A DNA stretch of 64,000 bases from Lepidodermella squamata (GCA_047495785.1 JBLDXI010000004.1:2728001-2792000); one strand, 5' to 3'. Numbered from the stretch's first letter, positions 8,826 to 20,601 are shown. Program-made: numbers and translations. Notes: generated by a model not told the origin, from the letters alone.

Positions 8826-10462
8826 ATGTTCGACGGAATTATCAATAACTTACCGGTAGAATTACATCTCCCCTCTTACCCGGTCAAAGGCGAATATCGT
8901 CCCCACGGATCATTCAACAACACGCAGAAGTATAGTTACGCTGGACCAGGTACAAATTTCGTCCAGCGAATGAAGGAAGGATATGAAGGCATCAATGATC
9001 TGGACAAGGCAGCTAAAATTCATGACTAGTACTATTGGAAATACAAAGATCGAGAAATGCGGACGAGAGCAGACAGACTTCTAGCCGATGAAGCGTTTAA
9101 GATAGCCAACGACAATTTGAAAAGCGGATACGAGAGAGCCATGGCGGCGTTCGTATACAAAACCTTCCACGAAGGAGGCCTAGCCGATAAATTCCATGGA
9201 GGCCGAATGCCTACAGGATACGAGCTTTCCGCTGGGAAATGCGATTTCCATGGCGAGGGATACGAATTGCGGCAACGAAAGCCTGTGGATTATACTGCAA
9301 CAAAATATATCGGCGAAGTTTCAAAACCGAAAAGACAGCAGAAGAAGTCAGCAGGAAACGCTGAAAAACTCAAGCTTCAATCAGATAAGGAAAGCACGAT
9401 AGAGAAGATGAATAGCGGAACGAGCAAAGTGAATTTTCCCATTTTAGCTGATGAGTTACACAAACCGGCTAGAAAGAGATTCCCGCGGCGCAGAGTAATT
9501 ATTCACGATGTGGACGAAACATGGGGTATGGATCTGTGCTTCATGAATGACTTCAGCTTCAGCCGACGATAACGAAGGCTATAAATACTTGTTAACTGTT
9601 ATTGATTGCTTTTCCAAATATGCCTGGGCTGTCCCATTGAAAACTAAAGACGCTAAATCTGTATTTGATGTTTGTTTCTTTCTGTTTCTTTCTGTTTCTT
9701 TCTGTTTCTTCTGTTTCTTTCTTTCTGTTTCTTTCTGTTTCTTTCACAACTATTGTCGACAGGAGTAAAAGAAAACCGAAGAATATTTGGGTTGATGAAG
9801 GTAGTGAATTCTACAACTCAACTTTCACCAAATGGCTGAAAGCAAACAAAGTCACCAGGTATTCAACGTATGAAAACTTCCATAACCCAATCATAGAGCG
9901 ATTTAATAGAACACTAAAAACAATGATGTGGAAGAGGTTTACTCTTGAAAATACTCGAAAGTGGATCGATATGATAGATTCCTTAGTGGATGAATATAAC
10001 AATAAGAAACATAGATCCACTAATATGACCCCATCCGAAGCAGTGAATCCGATCAATAAAGATAGAGTATTACGAAATCTCTACCCTAACCCCCCGCCAA
10101 AATTGAAAAGGCCAAAATTTAAGCTAAACGACATTGTCAGGATTATTAGAATTAAAGAAATTTTCGAAAAGGGTTTTCATCCTAATTGGTCTGAAGAATT
10201 GTTAAGAATAGTGAAGATCAATGATACATACCCTAGAACGTATAAATTGAGAGCATTAGATGGTGAGGAAGTAGTCGGAAGTTTCTATGAGCAAGAGTTA
10301 CTCAAATCTAAAATCAGCGAAAATGATTTATACGACAGCAGCATTCATCGCGTTGAGAAGATATTACAAAAGAAAACAGTCAAAGGTAAGGAAATGGTGC
10401 TAATTAAATGGGCGGGCTATGATCATCCCACGTGGGAGAAAGCCGAAAACCTTATAGATTGA
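8826..10462 (+). pseudogene. int: PLA2X - retroviral-like (rve) integrase - chromodomain fusion, disrupted
   Basis: YAGPGT...INDLDKAAKIHD (parvovirus-type PLA2), in-frame TAG 9027-9029, then LADELHKP...WGMDL, frameshift ~9555, YLLTVIDCFSKYAWAVPLK, ~74-bp repeat insertion, DEGSEF, IERFNRTLK, C-terminal VEKIL...LIKWAGY..PTWE chromodomain. Confidence 0.9.
9671..9745 (+). repeat. (TTTCTTTCTG)n 10-bp minisatellite inside the integrase core
   Basis: Directly visible; shifts the integrase frame between SVFDV and FTTIVDR. Confidence 0.95.
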
Positions 10463-10470
10463 TGAGTAAT

Positions 10471-10764
10471 TCATTTATCTTTTGCGTTATTTATTATGTG
10501 TACATTACGTATTTTGAAGTGAGAACAATTTCTCAATTTGTTCGCAATAATGTTACCGACAATTTCCTCCAATTGTTTCTCGGAAATAACCAACAATTTC
10601 TCTGTCGCGTTGAGCAGCAAATCACTCAATTTCGCCATGTTTGATATCTCTCGCCAATACTTTTTACAACTGTTTTTATGAACCTCCTTATATGCTGATA
10701 TCCTTTCTTCCTCCGTCAAATATTTTTTAGGTCTACCTCTCGGCTTCTTATTGTTTGATTCCAT
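10471..10764 (-). CDS. Small AT-hook DNA-binding protein
   Basis: KKPRGRPKK AT-hook followed by a charged helix; divergent from pPolB. Confidence 0.7.
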   Translation of the reverse strand: MESNNKKPRGRPKKYLTEEERISAYKEVHKNSCKKYWREISNMAKLSDLLLNATEKLLVISEKQLEEIVGNIIANKLRNCSHFKIRNVHIINNAKDK

Positions 10765-10869
10765 TCTGAATTTTCTTATATATATACATTATAAAGAGAA
10801 AATAATTTTAAGCTTTACCAGGGAGAATTTTACTTAAAGAAATATTTTCTTAATATAATATATATAACA

Positions 10870-13800
10870 ATGAGTAACGAAAATTTGAGCATACTTGGTC
10901 CGAAGGGTTTCCCCATTAACAAAGGTGGAAAAGCCTATAAACAGTATATTAAAGACGGTTTTTCATACGAGGAAACGAGTAGTAAATGGTACAAAAATGG
11001 ACATCCATATGTTCAACATGTTTTAAATCCCGAAAATAGAAAGTTGATCCCTGTTAATGGTGATATATTCAATCAGTTGGTAAATGGTAATTACGTATAT
11101 GAGAAGTATAGAAACCAACTAAAGAAAGTCACCATTTTAAACAATCGAAAGATAGAAGTTGGATCACGAGAGTTTATCAAGTTGGTTCGAAATACACACG
11201 CTTACGATTCCAAAAATAACATATTAACCAAATACAAGAGTAGAATCAGAGATGGTTACGTATTCGATCCGATTACAGGGAAGCCTATCGTGATTGGAGG
11301 AGACAGATATGAAAGCTTGAGAAGAGAAGGATATGCTCTAAAAGATGATTCAAATAGGATGTGCAAAAGACAGGAAAAGGATGGCTTTGTTGTCAACCCC
11401 AAAACAATGAATAAAATCAAAATTAATGGGGATAAATTTAATCAACTGATTGCCAATGGATATAAATACGTTCAAAGCACCAATAGCTTGGAAAAAGATG
11501 ATTACTTTCATATAGTTAAAATAGATGACTTTGGGCATTTCAAAAATATTCTCACTCGCACGGACATAGAGCCAACAAATAATTGTGAAATAGATTTTTA
11601 CGAATATGCAAAGAAAATCAAGCCCAAGGTTATTAACGAGTATCGAAAACTATTTAACCAGCGCGGTCCAGTAAGAGCAGTGCTGTATACATCACTTTAC
11701 TACCAAGAGAATAACGCCGTTCCAACATACCAATGGAGCTCATCGAATGAGAAAGCTCCAACAATTATAAATCATGACGATATTCCTGGTATTGTAGATA
11801 ATATGTTCACACAAATGGGTTCGAGCATTCAAGAGTATCATCAACGAGAGACAGGTGGGACGCTGATAGGGATAGGAAATACAAGTGTATGCACGTTTAC
11901 ATACAAGCCATTAGCAGCAGGTTCTTACTTAGAGACACCAAAATGGATTGCGAATAAAAAAGCAGTCATTAACGTTCAAAACAAATCAGATAATAAATGT
12001 ATCGTATGGAGCATTCTCGCTTCGCGGTATCAATATGAAGATCATGCATATCGGGTTTCTAAATATATGAACTTTGAAAACACAATTAATACTGATGGAA
12101 TAGCTTTCCCGATTAGCATAAAAGACATATCGAAATTGGAAGACTTGAATGAAATACGCATCAATATCATTGAATGCGGGAAAATCGACAAGGAGGTCCT
12201 CTTCCCGTTTTACGTTTCAGATAAGAAATTTCAAGAAGAAGTAAATCTTCTCAGAATTGTTGAGAACAAGCAAGCACATTACTGCTGGATCAAGAATCCT
12301 AGTGCACTATTGGCAGGAGTTAACAAGCATGAGCATAAGCGATTCTGGTGTTTCAGATGCTTTCAGGGTTTTAATAGCGATGAATCCAGGCAGCATCATG
12401 TCAATGAAAAGAAGTGCAATGAGAAAGATGGAAAAGTGAAAGTTGAAATGCCTAAGGGTGAATCGGTTACTTTCAAAAATTACGCCAAGCAGTTGAAAAT
12501 CCCTTTTGCATTTTATTGTGACGCAGAGAGTTTTCTCGTGAAGACTAATCAGAAGAAGGGTGCCAGCTCCACTATTTATCAAAAACATGAAGCGAACTCT
12601 TTCGGTGTTTACCTTTCAAGTGATGTCGAAGGCATTAACTCGAGGTATAAAACATTCGAGGGCGAGAAATGCACCGAAGAATTTCTTAAATATCTGATGA
12701 AACAGGAATCATTCTTGACTTCATATCTGAGGAATACTAATAAAGCAATGACGCTGACAGGGCAGCAAAAAACAGAATATAACAAAGCTTCACAATGCCA
12801 TATTTGTAAAGGAGCTTTTGCAGATGAGTCAGAAAAATGGAAAAAAGTGAGAGATCATGATCATTTGACAGGCTATTACAGAGGCGCAGCTCATAGTTTC
12901 TGCAATTTGAAATACAGCTACAGGAATATCAATATTCCAGTAGTATTTCATAATTTGAAAGGTTATGATGCACATTTGATTTTACAAGCAGCGGGAAAGG
13001 TAATAGAAGAAATTAATAATAAAAGAATATCAGAATGGGAGCAATTGCCGAAGGAGCAGAAATCTCATGTGAAGAAACGTTTGTTACAGATAGGAGCCAT
13101 CGCAAATAGTTCTGAGAAATACATCTCTTTCAGCATTGGCCGATTGAGGTTCATAGACAGCCTCAACTTCATGCCGGTAAGTTTAGCTGATTTGGTACAG
13201 AATTTGAAAAAATCGAACGGTGGGTTCCCTCATCTGAAAAGCCAATTTCCGCGGCTAACAGATTTACAACTTGACCTGATAAAGCAGAAGGGATTCTATC
13301 CGTATGAATATATAGATGGTCCTGAAAAACTGGAGGAGCCTTCACTGCCTGATATGGAACATTTCTCCACCAGTCTCCACTCGAGTTCGATTGATGGGAA
13401 ATCAGGGCGAGTACCAATATCACAGGAAGATTATGAACATGCTAAACGCGTGTATAAAGAATTTCAATGTCGAAAATTCAAAGACTATCATAGCCTTTAT
13501 TTGAAAACCGATGTTTTACTCTTAGCCGACTGTTTCGAGAGCTTCAGAGATACATGTATGAAGTATTACACATTGGACCCTGCTCATTATTTAACAGCGC
13601 CAAGTTTGTCATGGGATGCTATGTTGAAGAAAACCGGTGTTCGAATTGAACTATTGGAGAATGAAGATATGTTAACATTTGTAGAGGAGGGAATTCGTGG
13701 CGGGGTCAGCATAATCACTCATAGATACGCTGGAGCGAATAACATATACATGGTTGACTATGATCGCTCAAAGCCGGACTCGTATATTTTATACCTGGAT

Positions 13801-15118
13801 GCAAATAATCTGTATGGCTATGCCATGTCGCAAGCCTTGCCATTAGGTCGTTACAAATGGGAAAAGATCTTGGATAAATATACCACAGATTTTATATTGA
13901 ATTTAGGTGATGACGATGATACGGGATATATCTTAATGGTAGATTTAGAATATCCTAATACCTTACATGATATTCATAATGATTATCCATTTTGTCCCGA
14001 ACAAACATTTTGCGAACCCAGTGCGTACATGCAAACTGTCATGCAGAATTTGAATTTATCAAAACCGCCATCTATAACAAAACTGACTCAAAATCTCAAT
14101 GATAAGACAAACTACGTCATTCATTATCGAAATCTGAGGCAGGCTCTGGAGAATGGTTTGATTTTAAAGAAGGTTCATAAGGTTCTAAGTTTCAGCCAAT
14201 CGAAATGGTTGGCACCTTATATTGATTTCAATACGAAAAAGAGAAGTGAAGCTAGGAATGATTTTGAGTTTTGAGAAAGATTTCTTCAAGCTGCTGAATA
14301 ATGCAGTTTTTGGAAAGACCATGGAGAACCTTAGAAAAAGAGTAGACATCAGACTCGTTACTCAGCCCACAAAATTACAAAAACTGATAAACAAGCCAAA
14401 TTTCAAAGATGCCAAAGTTATTGCCGAAGACTTATGCAGTGTAAATATGGCTAAGACATCTATTAAATTCGATCGCCCGATTATCGTAGGTTTCAGCGTT
14501 TTAGAATTGTCGAAGACATTGATGTATGACTTTCATTACAATGTGATCAAGAAAAAATATGGTGACAGGGCGAAGCTGTTATTCACAGACACAGATTCTT
14601 TGTGTTATCATGTCCAAGCTGAGGATATATATAAGGATATAGAAAGTTATAAAGAGGTGATGGACTTTAGCGACTACCCTAAGGACCATGCATTACATTC
14701 AAACGTTAACAAGAAAGTTATTGGTAAGTTCAAAGACGAATGTGCGGGAGGTATAACACTCTCTACTATTACTGAGTTCGTCGGCTTGAGATCGAAATCC
14801 TACAGCTTCAAATCTGAAGTAATTTCAACGAGTGGAGAAAATACAGAACTCCACAAGGAGACATCGGTAAAGAAAGCTAAGGGTGTCGTTAAACATTGCG
14901 TAAAAAAGCAAATACACTTTGAAAATTATAAAAATTGTGTTTTGAAGCATGTATTAACAAAAGCTACATTCAATCAAATCCGATCCTTCAATCATAAGCT
15001 AGTAACTATGCAAAGTACAAAACTCGCTCTGTGCCCATACGATGACAAACGATGGGTGTGTGATGATGGTGTAACAACGCTTGCCCATGGTCATTATAAG
15101 TCGAAAAATGTACATTGA
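10870..15118 (+). pseudogene. polB: Protein-primed family B DNA polymerase, frameshifted by a 7-nt duplication (~14262-14275)
   Basis: Exo motifs (YCDAES, FHNLKGYDAH, LKTDVLLLAD), Pol motifs (YLDANNLYGYAM, KLLNNAVFGKT, FTDTDS, GLRSKSY, DDKR); EndoVII-like CHIC...DHDHLTG.YRGAAH..CN insert; TTTTGAG-TTTTGAG at the frame change. Confidence 0.97.
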
Positions 15119-15296
15119 TAGATCTGCACTGGGAGGTACTGCTGAATCAGCCGGTGGAGCGGTCGATAGACTGTAATGTAATGTGCCCGACTAATGAAAT
15201 CTGTATAAATTTCAATGACCTGGAATGAACTCAAGAATATGTTGAAATCCGAGAAGTCGAATATCATACCGCTATTTCATGATTTTTATGCATTTT

Positions 15297-15725
15297 TCAA
15301 CGACCTGCGTTGAAGATGAAAATTTTTCCAAATCTCACGAGTCATATGTCATTCGAAAGCCAGTAAAGTACTGATTAAAAAATTGGGAGTGGAATTTCAA
15401 GTTTCGCGGGCGTGAACAAAATTTTTGGCACTCAAAACCTGTCAAAATAGGCTTTCTGATGGCGTTTTGCGAATTTTCAACGAATGTTCAATGTTGAAGA
15501 CGAAAGTTTTTGCAAATCCCATGAATCATATATCATTGGAAAGCCTGTAGTTTGTAGTTTTGTAGTTTGAGTCGAGTGGATTTTTGATTTTCGTATTTTA
15601 AAAAAAAAAAATGTACGTGATGAAAAAGCCACTATTTTTATGATTTTTCGATTTTTTAACGACTTGAAAGAAAGACGAAAATGTTTACGAATCCGTTGAG
15701 TCATATATCATTAGAAAGCAAGTAA
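15297..15725 (+). repeat. Degenerate tandem repeat, ~180-bp period, 3 units
   Basis: Units start ~15297, ~15477 and ~15657, each with AACGA...GA.TCATAT.TCATT.GAAAGC. Confidence 0.75.
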
Positions 15726-16029
15726 TTAGAGCTGTTATACCTAATCGGCTGTTGGAGCGGTTGATAGACGGTAATACTATTGGTTCCGAGCTGGTGGTTG
15801 CTTACAGCCTAAGTATTAAGCAATATCCGAGCAGCTTTTTTCGCTCCAAACAGTAAATCTTTATCTCGTGCCTCATTAGCCGGAAAGAGTGTATTTGCAG
15901 TGACGTTACCCTGATCTCAAATTCGCAGCTGCAGTGTTAATCCTGTCGGCGTATGTTATTAACGTGAAAAATTGAGGATGATCAATGCAATCGAATGAAA
16001 CACAAAAACTGTAACTTGAAAATTTTATT

Positions 16030-16100
16030 CTCCCGCTGTGATTGAACCCGCACCCCAAAACAACACTGCACAGTGCGTTAACCACTATGCCAGTGGGCGA
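16030..16100 (-). pseudogene. tRNA-like sequence (pseudo-tRNA or SINE head)
   Basis: Minus strand TGGCATAGTGG (A box) ... GGTTCAATC (B box) at tRNA spacing; cloverleaf imperfect. Confidence 0.4.
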
Positions 16101-16424
16101 GGCCCATTTATATGTGCGTACGTCTCATTTTATAGTGTTATGTGGAAGTGTTGTGTGTGATGAGTCATAACTCGCTCATGTATGTTTTGCGCATCTAATA
16201 CTCCCCCCTTACGCCGAAATTTTGTCCTCATTCGCGGACGCGCAATTGTCATAACTCATCTCCCTAGCAATTTCGAACACACTAAATATCTATTCAAAAC
16301 GTCCTTGAAACGTTTTGCCAATTTCCATGGTTAGGCTCGAATTGCCAAAAAGGGCGTAAGCCGTCGAGTGGCCCAGCTACGGCAATTCCTATCTGCTCCT
16401 TATTACGTAATAGCTAAAAAACGC

Positions 16425-16615
16425 TTACTCATATTCGAGTATACGGCGATATCCTGCGAAACGCTTACATACTCACCTATGTGTATACGGCGTTTTTCTG
16501 CAAATTCGTATACTCACCCATGAGTATATGGCATCAGGCTCTTTTAATGAATACTCACATATGAGTATACGGCCTTAAAGCTCAAAATTACTATACTCAC
16601 CTATGAGTATTTAGC
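16425..16615. repeat. Array of 5 palindromic repeats (ATACTCA-N4-TGAGTAT) with ~41-bp period
   Basis: Units at ~16425, 16469, 16510, 16551, 16593. Confidence 0.85.
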
Positions 16616-17863
16616 GCTAGCTTGGAAACATTACAAAACTAAATTCTGCAGCAATCATGTGGTTTTAAGATTTTTCTCATCAATCAGAGGAAGGCTGAAA
16701 AAATCACACAGGGGACCCTTGGGTTTCTTCGGCTGGGTCCTGGACAACGGAAAACAATTAGAAAACACCTCAGCTCCCGGGTCATACTTCGCACACTGGT
16801 TCAGATGGTAAGGACCCGGATGCATGATGGAATAAGTGATGTCGTAAATATCTTGAAACTTATCGTCCGTGACGACTTCTAATGATGAAGTTTTTCCTAA
16901 TCAGCGCGCGGGTCAAAGTGCTACTTACTACTTGCTACTTACAACAAAAGACATTGAAATCGCGACGAGAAGACGCAATCGGCTCCAACGGCTCCCCATA
17001 CGATACCAAACTGTTTCCTTTCGCAAAGCATACTATTCTGCTAGGTCAAAATTGAATGCAACATTGAGGCTTTGTGTCACCAGTTTCGACTTGGTTTGAA
17101 TGACGAAATTAAGGATGTTTTGGCTTACAGCGAGCCATACACTACTCTGAAGGCGTTGACTGACCACTGACCAAGCAAATCGTACCGATATCAGGCTGTC
17201 CGAGCGGCGAGCAACGGGAACCGAATCATCGACCAGCAATGTCTTACCGCGCTTCTACAATTGAATTTTCTAGTAAAACAACAGGCGCCAACTCGCAATT
17301 CAGCAACCGACTCACCGCGAGTCCGCCAATGTATACAACAGTTTAAAAATGTTTTCATATTTTAAATTGAATTGCGTTCAAAATCAGAAAGCGCTCTATT
17401 AGTTTTTGGCATTTTTACACTGCGGTTGACGGATTAGAAATCTGGCCCATTTCGCTGGAGTAGTTATTTAGTCTCTATCTAATGATACTAAACACTTGGC
17501 TAGCGGGTGAGTGGAAGTATACTATTTAAGCATGCCGCGAAATACAAAGGAAAATTCAAATTTAACCGTTGAGGACCTTCGTCGTTTAGTGTTATAAATA
17601 AAACATCAATAACATTTTGCACGATTTTAATTTAAAAACTGACCTGGCGATGCCAACAAAACTGCCTTGGCCTAGTTTAGTGTTAGAGGGCTTTTCATCG
17701 CGTGCCTCCGGAGTTTCTAAAGCGTGCTTGTTTACTAGGAAGAGTGACGCCACATGAAAAACAACACGCACGATGAAACGCACCGCCATTCACAAATCAT
17801 TCGATACATTTTTCGCACATTTATAACGTGATTTTTTTTCTGTCAACACGCTTATCCGATCAG

Positions 17864-20601
17864 ATGGTTTTGTATCACTGTGCTCTATTGTTAGCCTTAC
17901 TGCTGGCGTCAAGCAACAATGCCTTCGGCAAACAGCTTAACTGGGTTCGATGCTTCTCGAAGTTCAGCAACAGATTCACCAACTGCGTACTAGCAGCGGA
18001 TGGCTGTGATCCACTCGCCGAGTATCAGGTTGTTCTCATTGAAATTTTTTCGAGGAGTAAATCAATCGAAACGTCTCTCTATGTGTAGTTGGGCTCAACT
18101 TTCCGAACAACCGGGGTGTGCAACACCGGGGTATGTTAATTTTTCTGCTAATTTCATGTTTAATTTTGCTGTTTTATCTATAGAATGCCAGGATGTGCTA
18201 CAAATACGAAGCTATTACCCCGTTTTGCGTACCCGGAAACGTTGGATGTAACAATCCTGGTGATATGAATGTAAGCCTCATTTCAATAACAAACAACTTC
18301 TAAATGGTGACTTCATGCGAAGATGCCATTCTTCTGCCGCGCTTTCACCATTCCCAAAGAATCAGAAAATTTATATTAAAATTTCTCTCGACGAATTTTA
18401 TATCGCTGGATAGAGAAAATTCTCGAATGGCAAAAACAATTATTGGATCAATTAAAAACTAATTACAAATGAGCCAACCGTGGAAGAGGAAAATTTTTAA
18501 TCACCAATTATATTACCCGATTTTTGAAAAATTATCCATGAGAGAGAACACAAGATGTACCTGATAGCAATAGGTAGAGGGTCGCTTCCAGAATTTCAAA
18601 GAAGAAATCCCAACTTTTTTAAAGGGACACCTCAGGCTTGGATTATTCCGATTTTTAAATTATTTAAAATTCTAATGGGGGGATATGGTGGCCTATAAAG
18701 TGTTCGCATGCCGTATTTTTCGCAAATTCAGTTCGAATAAATTAACTATGGATAGATCGTTAGTTCCCTGTTTCCTCCCTGTTACTGTGTTTTTGTGATC
18801 ATTGGTATTGTCAGGGTGCGATCTTGGACCCTGGAGCTGCCAGGGATGGACAATTTTGTTTCATGTAATTGCCGAACCATTCAACTGAAAAGCGATGCAA
18901 ACGAGATATTGTTGATGATTTCCCCTAAAACAACCCTAAAACACCTACAAAAACCTCATAAAATTAGGGAAATAATGGGATAATTTCTCAATTTGTTGTC
19001 TGGCCCGACTGAGCTAGGGAGGATGATCTCCCCCACCCCATTTCCCCCCCTCCCCACCTGAGAGTCGCACTGCGGTATTGTTATCTTTTTCAATTTCCCA
19101 GACGTTCTGGTTCGACGATCAGAAGCCGACGTTGAGCTTGAAATACAACCTTAACGAATGCGAGAAGCAGAAAGCTGTATTCGAGGTTGAAATTCATAAA
19201 ACTTGGCCATTACGTATTATAACTTTTATTTGTATCATTCCAGAATTCGAAATTCAGGCGCTGCACATCGAACAGCGTCATCATGACCTGTGTTCCGGAT
19301 CCGTACTCTTGCCCCAACAACTGGGTGAGCGGTTTGAAAACCTTTTATGTGTTTCTGTGTGACGCTGATTCTTGCTTTTCCAGGTCACTGAATCAACTCT
19401 TTATGCAACTCTTGCGTCATGTACCAATGGAACAGGTTCGCGATTTGCGTAAACACTATTGCTTCGATTTTTAAAAACTAAAACCGAATTATGAATTATT
19501 ATGCTAGTAACAAGTTGGATAAAAACTTGGCCGAGAAATCACTGATTTTTCTTTTTTGCCATTTCAGTCGTAGTTCCGGTCAGCGAAAAGCCGCATATTC
19601 GATGCTTTGATTTTACGAGCAAAAGGTTCAACGACTGCCGACCGCAAAGCTCCGGGTGTTCAGCTAGCAATGAGACACAACAATACTCGACCAAAGTTTA
19701 CATCAACCGTGCAGCTTGCCTGCTCGGAGTAAGTTGTCCTTCTCTTTTAGCAATCGATTTCCCACGTTTACTCTCGTTCTTCAGAATGCCGTTTCGTGCA
19801 AGGATTCATCCAACCGACTGTCTTGCTACGCAGCTTGTCCCCAAGGTCAAACTCAGGTAGTGCTCAGCCAAATCACGGTTTTCGCTGGTATCAACTGTTT
19901 TATTTATTAAGGATAAGCTGTTCTCGAGCTTGGGAACTTTTCAGCTGAACCACGACAGCTGCGTCAACGCTATGACGCCCTATGTGAGTTAATTTCGAGT
20001 AAAGGTTCCGCATTTCGTAGTAGACTTATTTTCGAAAATGAAAGTTGGAAAACGTTTTCTGTCAGAAATTTCGGGTCATTCCGGGGTTAATTAATCCATC
20101 TATTTTCGATAGATTGCTACCCATCGGTGCTTGCGAACTGCCGACGGTTCTGTAACTTGCCGACCGAGCTCTAATGGCTGTGACGCCAACACTGAGATTC
20201 GCTTTCCTGCAAATGTTACGTTCAGCGGCGAATGGCAGTGCCAACACGCTCGAAGGATTGTGTTCATGGTTAATTACACCGACAGTTATTTAACTTACAC
20301 ATCTTCAGCCGCTAAGTGCTCGCAACTGGATAGCATCTTGGCAACTGGCAAAACGGCTGCCGAAATAGCTCAGGTTCACAGCGCTGGACCGCCATACGAT
20401 GATGCATGGATGGGTCTTAATCTAGTTTCTGGCGTTCAGAAATGGTCGGACGGTTCGGCATTCACGTACAATCCACAATTTTTTCCATGGGGTTACCATC
20501 CAGATCGATGTGGGAGCCTGCTGGCAGGTGCGTCTTTGATGGATTTCAATACGTGCGACACTAATATGATGTACGCGATGTGCGAAACCTACGCTGAATG
20601 A
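17864..20601 (+). CDS. Secreted multi-module Cys-rich protein with C-terminal C-type lectin domain (paralog A, ~10 exons)
   Basis: Signal peptide MVLYHCALLLALLLASS; exons such as QLNWVRCFSK...EYQ, NARMCYKYEAITPFCVPGNVGC, TFWFDDQKP...C, FRRCTSN..MTCVPD..CP; terminal exon with AWMGLN...KWSDGS...C...C...AMCE. Confidence 0.8.
18812..19073 (+). mobile_element. hAT-type MITE in an intron
   Basis: CAGGGTGCGA...TCGCACTGC ends; 8-bp TSD GGTATTGT on both sides. Confidence 0.85.

Larger units (their letters stand above)
1324..15118. mobile_element. Endogenous Polinton/Maverick (adintovirus-like) element, TIRs not detected
   Basis: Compact intronless gene block with pPolB, rve integrase, A32-like ATPase, adenain protease, capsid-sized ORFs and PLA2; boundaries given are the outermost stop codons. 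Confidence 0.95.

Noticed and set aside
14222-14290. Programmed ribosomal frameshift in pPolB
   Set aside because: The shift coincides with an exact 7-nt duplication that interrupts the conserved DFEKDFFKL motif; a mutation or assembly error is simpler
16425-16615. CRISPR array
   Set aside because: Eukaryotic context, no cas genes, degenerate repeats and spacers of only ~19 bp
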